Source: a virus
Taxonomy: Duplodnaviria; Heunggongvirae; Uroviricota; Caudoviricetes; Herelleviridae
DNA: 64,000 bases
Virus record (IMG/VR): IMGVR_UViG_2595698877_000001
Location: 68,381-132,380 of that record
Strand: one strand, 5' to 3'
Shown: positions 29,723-38,434 of the stretch, in pieces
How the letters are laid out: every line of letters starts with the position of its first letter
Numbering within the stretch: the stretch's first letter is position 1
Position numbers and translations under genes: made by a program
The notes under the pieces: model-generated
Database searches by the model: none
Told to the model about the DNA's origin: nothing
What the model saw: only the letters and a program-made list of their open reading frames with translations

Positions 29723-30024
29723 TGGATAAGTTAGTAAACCGGGAAGAGATTGCTAGACGTGTAGCGATTAGAGGAGGTTACACGAAAGGTGAAATGGAGG
29801 AGGTTATCAAAACGATAGAAGATGTTATCGAAGAAGCAATAACGGATGGTGATGTCGTTAAGTTTGGGAAGCTCTACAAGCTCTTCCTGCACGATTTACC
29901 GTATAAGAAGTGTTGGGATAACCTTAACCATAGATACGTTGATAGACACGCTAAGAGAGTCCCTAAATTCGAACTATTATCGCGATTAAAGTCTATCGAA
30001 CTACCACCGAAAGAAGAGAAATAA
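29722..30024 (+). CDS. HU/IHF-family (type II) DNA-binding protein, TF1-like
   Basis: Aligns with HU: MxKxxLxxxIA ... GD-V-FG-F ... VP-FK arm. GGAGGG RBS 6 nt before ATG 29722. Confidence 0.5.
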   Translation: MDKLVNREEIARRVAIRGGYTKGEMEEVIKTIEDVIEEAITDGDVVKFGKLYKLFLHDLPYKKCWDNLNHRYVDRHAKRVPKFELLSRLKSIELPPKEEK

Positions 30025-30042
30025 AAAATCTCTTCTTTTTTT
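30013..30042 (+). terminator. rho-independent terminator
   Basis: 7-bp stem GAAGAGA/TCTCTTC followed by T7. Confidence 0.65.
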
Positions 30043-30052
30043 ATTTTTATTG

Positions 30053-30081
30053 TTGACTTTTAGAATAGTAGAGTGTAATAT
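30053..30081 (+). promoter_or_regulatory. sigma-A-type promoter TTGACT-17-TGtTAATAT
   Basis: TTGACT at 30053-30058 and TAATAT at 30076-30081. Confidence 0.6.
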
Positions 30082-30122
30082 AAAGACATAAGATAACAAC
30101 ACAAAAACAAGGAGGTGCAAAA

Positions 30123-30437
30123 ATGAAACGGTATGAGTACAAACTAGTACCAGCAAGTCTTACGCTATTTAGAAACGGAGAAGAGGCATTAAACGAATAC
30201 GGTAAAGAAGGTTGGAGATTCATATCAATAGAAGCTGGAAAAGCGGTATTCGAAAGAGAGATTACCGAAGATGAAGTGTTTCTAACTATCATTGAGAACC
30301 CGTTTGGTAATGACAAAGTAGTAGGAGTACATAGGCATAAAGGAGACGCAATCAGTATGATGGAATCTAAAGATAACATCTGCAAAGAAGAAGGTTTCCC
30401 TTATAGTCACAGAGTAGAAAGGCATGATGTAAAATGA
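30123..30437 (+). CDS. hypothetical protein (104 aa)
   Basis: AAGGAGGTG RBS. Confidence 0.45.
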   Translation: MKRYEYKLVPASLTLFRNGEEALNEYGKEGWRFISIEAGKAVFEREITEDEVFLTIIENPFGNDKVVGVHRHKGDAISMMESKDNICKEEGFPYSHRVERHDVK

Positions 30438-30622
30438 GTAGTTATGCTAGAGATATGGTTGAGGGTTATGAAGATATAGCTAAAAACATAGAAGAATTTC
30501 TTGAAAACGAAGACTTAAGTAAAGCGGATTTAATAGAAAAACTAGAGTCTATTAAGGATTGGTGTCAAGAAAATTACAATGTAGGTTCATACTCATTAGG
30601 GTGGAGGGATTCAATTGGCTAA
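30434..30622 (+). CDS. hypothetical acidic protein (62 aa)
   Basis: ATGA overlap with the upstream stop. Confidence 0.4.
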   Translation: MSSYARDMVEGYEDIAKNIEEFLENEDLSKADLIEKLESIKDWCQENYNVGSYSLGWRDSIG

Positions 30623-30857
30623 AGTACATAAGATTACCATGTATGTTGTGGATTTATATGGCGACTACGATAATTATACAGAAGAAGAAATTGGTAACGA
30701 AATTAAATATGCCGTAGACACGCAAATAGACACATCAAGTCATGTAGGTAAAATCGAATCATCAGAAGAGTTTGAGTGGGATGATGAGTTAAGAATCAAC
30801 TACACAAACGCTACTACAGATGAATACGAAGCTTACTTTGCAAAGGAGGGGAAATAA
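30615..30857 (+). CDS. small highly acidic protein (80 aa)
   Basis: About 30% Asp/Glu. GGAGGGA RBS. Confidence 0.4.
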   Translation: MAKVHKITMYVVDLYGDYDNYTEEEIGNEIKYAVDTQIDTSSHVGKIESSEEFEWDDELRINYTNATTDEYEAYFAKEGK

Positions 30858-31046
30858 GTGGCGATTAAAAAAGAAATATTCGTAATGTCGGTTGTATTCG
30901 ATACACGAGATACATACGGTGAATCTGCATTAGAGTCCATCGAACATGAGATGTATAACCTAGATGGTTTTATCGAGTGGGATTCTAAAATTAAGAAAGT
31001 AGAAACACTAGAAGTTACAGAAAAGGATTTAGAGGAGGGAGAATAA
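30858..31046 (+). CDS. small acidic protein (62 aa)
   Basis: GTG start after AAGGAGGGG. Confidence 0.4.
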   Translation: MAIKKEIFVMSVVFDTRDTYGESALESIEHEMYNLDGFIEWDSKIKKVETLEVTEKDLEEGE

Positions 31047-31441
31047 TGAAAAAAGTAAGTATTAATTTAACTTTAGAAGATAACGAGTTATTTGAAAAGA
31101 GCATTAAGGATGCGCTGATTTCGCAAGCGAAACAAATTTCTAGAGAAGAAATCGATAAAGCTCTAGCATATGAAATACAAAGAGTTGCGACAGCTAGAAT
31201 TAATGACTTAAAGAATGGTGGGTATTGGAGCTATACGCAATCAGAAATCACGAAAAATATTGCGAAACGATTAGAAAAAGAAATAAAAATCGATAAAGAT
31301 GCGCTAACGGCTCTTCTAGAAGAAAAAGTAAATAAGTATTTAGATGATAAAATCCATCAGTTCGGTGGGATAGACAAGTATGTGCAAAACTATATCAACA
31401 ATGCTATCGCTGATTTATTAACAAATAAACGGTATATTTAG
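31046..31441 (+). CDS. hypothetical protein (131 aa)
   Basis: TAATG overlap with the upstream stop. Confidence 0.45.
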   Translation: MKKVSINLTLEDNELFEKSIKDALISQAKQISREEIDKALAYEIQRVATARINDLKNGGYWSYTQSEITKNIAKRLEKEIKIDKDALTALLEEKVNKYLDDKIHQFGGIDKYVQNYINNAIADLLTNKRYI

Positions 31442-31454
31442 AGGAGGGAGAATA

Positions 31455-31589
31455 ATGTACTCTCTATTAGTAGGAATTATAATGTTATTAATCTTGTTGA
31501 CTGGTCTTTGGGTATTAGCAGGTAAGAAAGGTATTTTTGAATACATTGGCGGTTTAGTAGAAAAATTTATTAATCTATTTAAAAATTAG
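31455..31589 (+). CDS. small single-pass membrane peptide (44 aa), not in ORF track
   Basis: GAGGAGGGAG RBS 5 nt upstream. Hydrophobic core LLVGIIMLLILLTGLWVLAG. Confidence 0.35.
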   Translation: MYSLLVGIIMLLILLTGLWVLAGKKGIFEYIGGLVEKFINLFKN

Positions 31590-31601
31590 GAGGAAAATAA
31601 T

Positions 31602-32414
31602 ATGAATTTATCAAAAAGCAAATGGAACATGAAAAAGGTAGTAGGAGCATCAGTATTAGGAGCAATGATTTTAGGTGGCGGTATCTTTACTGCAATGAGC
31701 GTTACAAGTATTGAACAAGGGCATGTAGGCGTAGTTTACAACCGTGGATATGGTATTGAGAAAGAAACATTAGGTCAAGGTTGGCATTGGGTTGCACCGT
31801 GGAAACGAGTAACTGCATACCCGATTTCTACAGCAACAGTAAATGTGGACAAGTTCAATGTACAAACGAAAGATGGTAAACCATTAACAGTTAGCTTATC
31901 TTATGACTATGCAAACGATGTGGATAAGTTACCAGCAATCTACAACAAATTTAAAGGACAAGCTCCGGACGTAACAGAGAATGGTTGGTTACAAACTCGT
32001 ATTAAGAAAGCTACATTAAATGTATTCTCTAACTATTCAGTACTAGAGGTGTTCCAGCATCAAGGCGACATCAACGCTAAGATTGAAAAAGAGTTTAAAT
32101 CAATGGTAACTAACACAGGATTCTTAGTGGACTCTGTAACATTAGAGGCACCTAAACCAGATGCAAACACAGCTAAAGCGATTCAAGGCGTAGTAGATGC
32201 TCAACAGAACTTAGAGAAAGCGGAAATCGAAAAGAAACAAGCTACAATTACTGCTGAGAAAGCTATCGAAGAAGCTCGTGGTAAAGCAGAAGCAAACCGT
32301 ATCGTTAAAGAATCTTTAACTCCAGAACTTCTTGAGTCTAAGAAAATTGATAAATGGGACGGTAAGCTCCCACAAGTTACTGGTGAAGCTAACCCGTTAA
32401 TCCAAGTTAAATAA
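31602..32414 (+). CDS. SPFH/band-7 (prohibitin/stomatin-like) membrane protein
   Basis: N-terminal TM helix followed by IEQGHVGVVYNRGYGIEKETLGQGWHWVAPW, an SPFH-core-like segment. Confidence 0.5.
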   Translation: MNLSKSKWNMKKVVGASVLGAMILGGGIFTAMSVTSIEQGHVGVVYNRGYGIEKETLGQGWHWVAPWKRVTAYPISTATVNVDKFNVQTKDGKPLTVSLSYDYANDVDKLPAIYNKFKGQAPDVTENGWLQTRIKKATLNVFSNYSVLEVFQHQGDINAKIEKEFKSMVTNTGFLVDSVTLEAPKPDANTAKAIQGVVDAQQNLEKAEIEKKQATITAEKAIEEARGKAEANRIVKESLTPELLESKKIDKWDGKLPQVTGEANPLIQVK

Positions 32415-32626
32415 TGAAACAGAATAGATGGGAACTAGAAAAAGAGTTTAAGCGACACGTTGCAGCAGCGATAGAATGGTCTATGATGGACGACGAGTAT
32501 CCGCATATAGATGAAGTTATTATTCAGAATCTAGCAGATACGTATAATCAACCTATTGCTTATGCTCGTCATTACATCTTAACAGAGCTAGAAGTAGCTA
32601 TTGACAAATACATGGATTCACATTAA
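32414..32626 (+). CDS. hypothetical protein (70 aa)
   Basis: TAATG overlap with the upstream stop. Confidence 0.4.
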   Translation: MKQNRWELEKEFKRHVAAAIEWSMMDDEYPHIDEVIIQNLADTYNQPIAYARHYILTELEVAIDKYMDSH

Positions 32627-32630
32627 AAAG

Positions 32631-32656
32631 GGGACTCGTTCGAGTCTCTTTTTCTT
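32631..32656 (+). terminator. rho-independent terminator
   Basis: 7-bp stem GGGACTC/GAGTCTC with a 4-nt loop, followed by a T-run. Confidence 0.6.
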
Positions 32657-32683
32657 GTTTACTATCAGACTTTATGATATAAT
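32655..32683 (+). promoter_or_regulatory. promoter TTGTTT-17-TGaTATAAT
   Basis: -35 TTGTTT at 32655-32660 and an extended -10 with TATAAT at 32678-32683. Confidence 0.5.
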
Positions 32684-32705
32684 AGAAAGAGAAGGAGGAG
32701 ATAGG

Positions 32706-35700
32706 TTGAAGATATTATTCGCACAGGAATACCTAAGAGAAAATCACATGAAGAAGATGGAAGATGGAAGTCTTAAAAATGTGTTTCTCTCTACTAGAGG
32801 CGGTAAGTTATTAAAAAATCTTATTACAGATGGGTTAGGACTAACAAACAAAGATTTTTACATTGATTACGCCTACTACGAAGTACCGCAAGTTATTGGT
32901 AGGGATAAGAGTGGACGAGCCGTTAAGTATAAACAGCCCGCCCAGAAAGACGCGAACCCATTGCATGAAGAATTTAGAGCGCGTATCGTAAAAGAAAGAC
33001 CGGACATTATCATTCCTTCTGGTAATCTAGGTTGTAAAGCTCTTTTGGGTAAAGCATCTATTTCTACGATGCGAGGGGTTCCGCAAAGAGTAAGGATTGT
33101 ACATAAGACAACTAAGAAAGCAGATGCTCCAGACAACATTGTAGAAGAGTACAGACTATCAAAGGTTTTAAGAGATTTAGAAAACGATTTAAAAATAGCT
33201 ATGCGAAAACTTGAAAATATCGATAACGGTATTGTCGGTGTTCGTGAACCTTATCGTGAATTAGTACTACGTTATCCGCAAGTTCAACAAGAACGAGATG
33301 ATGCAGCAGCTACCGTTGAAGGGCTAGAAATAGAAATAGCTGGGCTGAGACAATCAGGTATAACACCAGACTTCGAATTACCTACTACCGAGATAGAAGA
33401 GAGTCATACTTGTTGGGTTTTACCGATGTACTCAATGGAGTATATGCTGGTAAATCCGAAAATTCAGAATTTAGTAGAAGCAGATTTTGGTACACTCAAG
33501 AAATTCGTAGACGAAGGTGAAGATGCGTTCGTAGCTAAGAAAGTTAAGTACGAAGATGTAACTACTATCGAACGTGTACGAGAGATATTTACAAAGATTG
33601 TAAAAGAAGCTCCAGTAGTCGCATGGGATTTAGAGACAAACACTTTAAGTCCAGAACGAATAGGTGCCAAGCCACTAGTAATCTCTTTATCTTGGAAGGA
33701 AGGTACAGGTGTTACTATTCCGCTAGAACATAAAGACTTCGGATGGATGCCGGGTCATCTAGCAGAGATTTATAAGTACATAGAAGAGTTTGTCGGTGAT
33801 GAGAATATCATAAAAGTAGGGCATAATATTAAGTACGATATGCGATTCCTACGATTAACAAGAAACATGACCAGATTTAAAAACAACCGAGATACAAAGA
33901 CAATGTACTACTTACTTGTCAATCAGGATGTTAAAGGGTCACTACGATTATCAGACCTAACATATGAATTTACAGATATGGGTGGATATGATAAAGCGTT
34001 AGAAGATTACAAGAAACAATACATAGAAGATTATAAAGCGAAAGAAAAAGCTCGTATCGACCAAGAGAAACTTGATTGGAAATTAAAATGCGATGCAGAG
34101 CGAGAACAAGCTAGTGACAAGATTAAAGAAATGAAAGCGGATATCAATGCTACAATCAAGGAGTTACGTTCTGAGCTAAAGGTTGTTAACAAGACAATCA
34201 AGAAGCTAGAGAAAGATGGACAACCTCTTACAGAGTTTTTAGCAGGTAGACCCGAGTACTTAACAAACCGAATTGAAGAGCTTAAACAACAACGAGATAG
34301 ACAAGCGCAAGAATGGAAGTACGAGAAACCACCTACACCTAAATGGGACGAAGTAAAAGCTCCTGTTAACGAGATAGATGGCGGAGACTTCAACTATGAA
34401 TGGATTCCTTTGTGGGAAATGCTTTCTCCATATGCTTCTGGTGACGTTGATGTGTGTTTACGTATCTACAACCAGTTAGCTGATAGATGCACGAAGAAAG
34501 GTCTTAAGAAAATTGAAGACCTCTATAAAGGGCATTATCCGGAGCTTGTGAACGTTCTAGCCAAGATTGAAGCTACAGGTATCAAAACGGATATTCCATA
34601 CATCAAGAGCCTTGTAGAAGCTTATACGAAGGAAGAAAACAGACTTATTGCTCTTATGCGTAAGTTCCCAGAGATTAAGCAGCTAGAACAAGAAAAAGAA
34701 GAGCTATATCGTATGGGTCTAGAAGAGAAGATGAAACCTGTTAAGTTCCGTGATACGGAGATAGCGAAGTTACGTGACAAGTATAAAGATGAAGAGGATA
34801 GGAGATTTAATCCGAACTCATCCGATGACAAACAAAAAGTCATGTTCAAGTACACAGGTATCAAGCTCCCATTCAACCGTGAACATCTCGTGGACTCTGC
34901 TGTAGAGAACAATCTAGAAGAAGAGGAAATCGAATGGTATCACTACAAGTCTAACTCTGCTAATATGAAGTTCATAGCGAAAAATTACCCAGAGATGAAA
35001 GAACTAGCAGAACTACTAGTAGAGTTCTCATTAGTTAAGACTCGTAAACAGAACTTTACATACAAGTTCTTAAGTATGGTAGACCATAATGATATCCTGC
35101 ATGGCTCATTCAACAGTGAAGGTACAGAGACAAGTCGTTTATCCTCTGCGAATCCGAACATGCAAAATATGCCTCGTAAATCCGGAGACGTATATCGATT
35201 CGACTATAGACATCCAATCAAGCGCATGTTCATTTCAAGATTCGAAGGTGGAGCATTAATCCAGCTCGATTACAGCTCGTTAGAGTCTCGTGTAATGGCT
35301 TTAGACGCAATGGATATGGATATGATTAAATCATTCTTCGATGGCGAGGACATCCACAGACAGACAGCAGCTTTAACGTTCCGTAAGCCACCGGAGGACG
35401 TTACAGACGATGAACGTACAAAAGCAAAAGCCGTATCGTTCGGTTTAGCGTATGGTGAGGTTCCATTCTCATTCGCACCTAAACACAACATGACTGTAGA
35501 GGAAGCAGAAAAACTATTCGAAGACTTCTTTGCTGGGAAGCCGCGATTGAAAGAGTACATAGAAGAGAACAAAGAAATTGCAATGAAAGCTGGTAGCATC
35601 TCGTGTCTACAAGGATACACTCGTAATCTACGAGACGTGTATTCACAAGATAAGCAGAAACGTAACGGTGCATTACGTCAGGCTACCAACACGCGTATAC

Positions 35701-36149
35701 AGGGTTCTGGTGCATTCTTAACGAATAACTCATTAATCTACATCAACAACCTAATTGAGAAGATGAACTTACGCTCTCGTATCGTACTAACAGTACACGA
35801 TAGTATTGTAATCGACTGTCCACCAGAAGAGATTAAGTTAATGGCTCACATTGGTAAAACAGTCATGGAGAACTTACCTATCGATTGGTTATGGATTGAC
35901 TGGGAAGGAGAAAGAAGAAGATTCCCTATCACGGCTGATGTCGAGATTGGTGTTACATACAATGACATGGTAGATTACAACCCAGACGATTTAGATACAT
36001 TTGCATCTGTAGCAGGTTACTGTAAGTACCACGGAGACTTAAAGAACGTTAAGAACTATAAGAACTCTAAGGCAATTACAGAAGAGAAGTACGATGAACT
36101 AGTAGAAGTAATTAAGTCAAATAAACCGCAATACCAAAAAATAGCTTAA
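32706..36149 (+). CDS. family A DNA polymerase with 3'-5' exonuclease and N-terminal UDG-like domain
   Basis: TTG start after GAAGGAGGAG; the ORF track's start at 32601 lies in the terminator/promoter. Exonuclease motifs VVAWDLETN, HNIKYD and YASGDVD. Polymerase motifs A LIQLDYSSLESRV, B RTKAKAVSFGLAYG and C VHDSIV. N-terminal segment IIIPSGNLGCKALLGKASISTMRGVP resembles family-4 UDG. Confidence 0.85.
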   Translation: MKILFAQEYLRENHMKKMEDGSLKNVFLSTRGGKLLKNLITDGLGLTNKDFYIDYAYYEVPQVIGRDKSGRAVKYKQPAQKDANPLHEEFRARIVKERPDIIIPSGNLGCKALLGKASISTMRGVPQRVRIVHKTTKKADAPDNIVEEYRLSKVLRDLENDLKIAMRKLENIDNGIVGVREPYRELVLRYPQVQQERDDAAATVEGLEIEIAGLRQSGITPDFELPTTEIEESHTCWVLPMYSMEYMLVNPKIQNLVEADFGTLKKFVDEGEDAFVAKKVKYEDVTTIERVREIFTKIVKEAPVVAWDLETNTLSPERIGAKPLVISLSWKEGTGVTIPLEHKDFGWMPGHLAEIYKYIEEFVGDENIIKVGHNIKYDMRFLRLTRNMTRFKNNRDTKTMYYLLVNQDVKGSLRLSDLTYEFTDMGGYDKALEDYKKQYIEDYKAKEKARIDQEKLDWKLKCDAEREQASDKIKEMKADINATIKELRSELKVVNKTIKKLEKDGQPLTEFLAGRPEYLTNRIEELKQQRDRQAQEWKYEKPPTPKWDEVKAPVNEIDGGDFNYEWIPLWEMLSPYASGDVDVCLRIYNQLADRCTKKGLKKIEDLYKGHYPELVNVLAKIEATGIKTDIPYIKSLVEAYTKEENRLIALMRKFPEIKQLEQEKEELYRMGLEEKMKPVKFRDTEIAKLRDKYKDEEDRRFNPNSSDDKQKVMFKYTGIKLPFNREHLVDSAVENNLEEEEIEWYHYKSNSANMKFIAKNYPEMKELAELLVEFSLVKTRKQNFTYKFLSMVDHNDILHGSFNSEGTETSRLSSANPNMQNMPRKSGDVYRFDYRHPIKRMFISRFEGGALIQLDYSSLESRVMALDAMDMDMIKSFFDGEDIHRQTAALTFRKPPEDVTDDERTKAKAVSFGLAYGEVPFSFAPKHNMTVEEAEKLFEDFFAGKPRLKEYIEENKEIAMKAGSISCLQGYTRNLRDVYSQDKQKRNGALRQATNTRIQGSGAFLTNNSLIYINNLIEKMNLRSRIVLTVHDSIVIDCPPEEIKLMAHIGKTVMENLPIDWLWIDWEGERRRFPITADVEIGVTYNDMVDYNPDDLDTFASVAGYCKYHGDLKNVKNYKNSKAITEEKYDELVEVIKSNKPQYQKIA

Positions 36150-36162
36150 GGGAGAGATTTTA

Positions 36163-36393
36163 ATGGGGAAACCAGAAGAAAAGGGTTGGCTTGGTACCTA
36201 CCCTTGCACATATGACGACAGGGACACTCTGATTTTAGAGGAGTTCCCTAAAATGAAGAAACCAAACATTGTGGTTACTATCGATGAGTACGGTGAGTAT
36301 GATAGTCGCCAAGTAGCTTTAGATATAGAGAGTGTTGAACTACTACACTTTCAATTAGGTCAATTTTTAAATAAAGTTAAAGGGGAGAAATAA
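36163..36393 (+). CDS. hypothetical protein (76 aa)
   Basis: GGGAGAG RBS. Confidence 0.4.
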   Translation: MGKPEEKGWLGTYPCTYDDRDTLILEEFPKMKKPNIVVTIDEYGEYDSRQVALDIESVELLHFQLGQFLNKVKGEK

Positions 36394-36394
36394 C

Positions 36395-36649
36395 ATGGAG
36401 CAAAAAGCAAAATGGATTTTTATTGGAGAGTCTGATGAGTTCTTTACAAAGAGTAAGTTTTACCCGGAGATTGACAGAGCATCTACCGAGTGGGGCGGGA
36501 TTTCCGAAGAGGCATTTATCGACATTATCAATAACGAGTTCGAAGTGGAATATCCAATCGATGAAAATTACAAGTTCTTTATCGATAACGATGGCGAACC
36601 ACATTTATTAGACAAAGAATTTTGGCAAATTAATTTTTATAGATTATAA
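36395..36649 (+). CDS. hypothetical acidic protein (84 aa)
   Basis: ATG 2 nt after the upstream stop. GGGGAGAAA RBS. Confidence 0.4.
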   Translation: MEQKAKWIFIGESDEFFTKSKFYPEIDRASTEWGGISEEAFIDIINNEFEVEYPIDENYKFFIDNDGEPHLLDKEFWQINFYRL

Positions 36650-36663
36650 GGAGGAAAATACAT

Positions 36664-36921
36664 ATGACTATTAACGAGTTAGGTTACGAAGATAACGATT
36701 GGTTAGGAAGAGAATGCTATTTACCAAACTATTTACTAGAAATAGAAGTAGAAGGCTCGATGTATACGCTTTGTCGAGTTGCTTATATCGATGAAATTAC
36801 CGAGACTGTCTACGTTCTATATTCACATCCAGACGATGTAGGAGGGGAGGAAGGTACCGCAACACAGCGATATGCCTACATACCTAAAGCCGATTTTGCC
36901 CAAAATGCGATGTGGACATAA
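36664..36921 (+). CDS. hypothetical protein (85 aa)
   Basis: AAGGAGGAAAA RBS. Confidence 0.4.
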   Translation: MTINELGYEDNDWLGRECYLPNYLLEIEVEGSMYTLCRVAYIDEITETVYVLYSHPDDVGGEEGTATQRYAYIPKADFAQNAMWT

Positions 36922-36939
36922 AAAAATAAAAAAGTTTAG

Positions 36940-36967
36940 GAGAAGGGGTTGACCCTTCTCTTTTTTG
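36940..36967 (+). terminator. rho-independent terminator
   Basis: 8-bp stem GAGAAGGG/CCCTTCTC followed by T6. Confidence 0.65.
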
Positions 36968-36977
36968 ATGGTATTCT
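36949..36977 (+). promoter_or_regulatory. promoter TTGACC-17-TGgTATTCT embedded in the terminator
   Basis: -35 TTGACC lies in the hairpin loop and 3' arm. The extended -10 TATTCT is at 36972-36977. Confidence 0.45.
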
Positions 36978-37012
36978 TTACTTACAGGCAACAACAAATA
37001 GGAGGAGATAAC

Positions 37013-37261
37013 ATGATTAAGGTATACACGATATGGGATTGGGACAATGGACAACCATTAACAATGGTGTACGATGAAGACGGGCATAAGATTTTACAGA
37101 TTAATGAAAAGTTTGAAGCGGATTTCGATACTGTTTACGTGTTTGGTAAGGGGCTTTACACACTGGAAAGTATAAAAGATGATGGTAAGTACTTTATATT
37201 CGACGAGTACAACAAAGGAATGAAAGGGTTGATAACTAAAATGGAGGTGGATTTTAAATGA
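37013..37261 (+). CDS. hypothetical protein (82 aa)
   Basis: ATG after AGGAGGAGA. The ORF track's start at 36965 lies inside the terminator. Confidence 0.4.
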   Translation: MIKVYTIWDWDNGQPLTMVYDEDGHKILQINEKFEADFDTVYVFGKGLYTLESIKDDGKYFIFDEYNKGMKGLITKMEVDFK

Positions 37262-37614
37262 ACTATAACATGTTTTATAAAGGAACTTACATAGGTTATG
37301 TATCAGATAAAGATGTGTTTTTGGAATCAGAAGGTGTTACATTTAAAGAACGAGTAGAAAAAGAGGAACCGCCATTTAGTATAGCTGTAGAAGTATTCGG
37401 TATTGATAAACCTAGTTGGCAAGTAGTTGACATGGACGACGTTATCTTAGAATCAGGTAAGGGTAATCCGGACTACGACTACGGTAAAACATACGAGTAC
37501 AAAGGATGTACCTATGTATTAGAAGACCACGATTATAGCTTCGGTCATTCTAGGTTCGACCTTGTTAAACTAGTGGATGAAAACAGAAGAAGTTTATTAC
37601 CGGGAGGGGAATAG
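37258..37614 (+). CDS. hypothetical protein (118 aa)
   Basis: ATGA overlap with the upstream stop. Confidence 0.4.
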   Translation: MNYNMFYKGTYIGYVSDKDVFLESEGVTFKERVEKEEPPFSIAVEVFGIDKPSWQVVDMDDVILESGKGNPDYDYGKTYEYKGCTYVLEDHDYSFGHSRFDLVKLVDENRRSLLPGGE

Positions 37615-37616
37615 TA

Positions 37617-37901
37617 ATGATTAGTAAAAAAGATTTTAAGAGATTCAATGATGCGTTCGACGCAGCTTTCGATGACTTGGTAACAGCTATAAAATCTATA
37701 GAGAACAAACCTTTTCAGTTCCCTTTACACGAATTAACTGGGGAAGAAGGAAGTGAGGGGGTTGTAGTTACGTGTCGTGTAACATACTATGACCTAGAAG
37801 CTTTTATAGCGGAGGTAGGATTCCGTGACCCACTAAACGATAACATGATTGATAGAAGATACATAACGTTCAATGAAATCGCTGAGAAAGGGGAATGGTA
37901 A
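37617..37901 (+). CDS. hypothetical protein (94 aa)
   Basis: ATG 3 nt after the upstream stop. Confidence 0.4.
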   Translation: MISKKDFKRFNDAFDAAFDDLVTAIKSIENKPFQFPLHELTGEEGSEGVVVTCRVTYYDLEAFIAEVGFRDPLNDNMIDRRYITFNEIAEKGEW

Positions 37902-38209
37902 TGGGTAAAGTGAATATAGGTAAGTTAAAAAAAGAAGCGGACAAGCTTAAGTTAGTGTGTGAAGGTTTAAAAGGTCGCTATTGTACACTATCATCAATCG
38001 TACTAGGTATGTCATGGTTAGGGTTATTCCCTGTACATTGTAAGATTAGAGAGGTAGACGTATTTGAAGGATATGTAGGAGTAGAATTTATAGACCCCGA
38101 CCCAGACCCGGGAGAGGAACCGATAGAGCTAATCGAATACGTAAGCATTGAAGAGTTTCAATCGGATGTAAGATGGGGTTGGTTAAAAGAGAGCGATTGG
38201 TTAAAATAG
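37901..38209 (+). CDS. hypothetical protein (102 aa)
   Basis: ATG at 37901 after AAAGGGGAA. Confidence 0.4.
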   Translation: MGKVNIGKLKKEADKLKLVCEGLKGRYCTLSSIVLGMSWLGLFPVHCKIREVDVFEGYVGVEFIDPDPDPGEEPIELIEYVSIEEFQSDVRWGWLKESDWLK

Positions 38210-38224
38210 AGGAGGAATGGTAAT

Positions 38225-38428
38225 ATGGCGGCTGCATCTCTAACAGTTAGTACAAACGTAGGCGGATACAAAGAGTGGCGTGTGTATGGTGGTAATAGAT
38301 TAGATGTAAGATGGATGAAAAGCGTTTACGAGAACGCAGATTTTGAATGGATTAAAACAAAACATCCTAAGATGACACGAGAAGAATGGGAAACTTTAGA
38401 CTTGTATTTAAATTTAAATAAGGGGTGA
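38225..38428 (+). CDS. hypothetical protein (67 aa)
   Basis: GAGGAGGAATGG RBS. Confidence 0.4.
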   Translation: MAAASLTVSTNVGGYKEWRVYGGNRLDVRWMKSVYENADFEWIKTKHPKMTREEWETLDLYLNLNKG

Positions 38429-38434
38429 ATTTAA

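Noticed and set aside
32631-32648. tRNA-like T-arm sequence GTTCGAGTC
   Set aside because: It is the 3' arm of a perfect terminator hairpin (GGGACTCgttcGAGTCTC) followed by a T-run. No acceptor, D or anticodon arms could be built, and no other tRNA candidates were found in intergenic regions.
36423-36611. + strand alternative-frame ORFs 36423-36611 and 56581-56793
   Set aside because: Both are fully embedded in stronger in-frame genes (36395-36649 and 56205-56759). They have no RBS, and 56581-56793 is a Lys/Arg-rich artefact.
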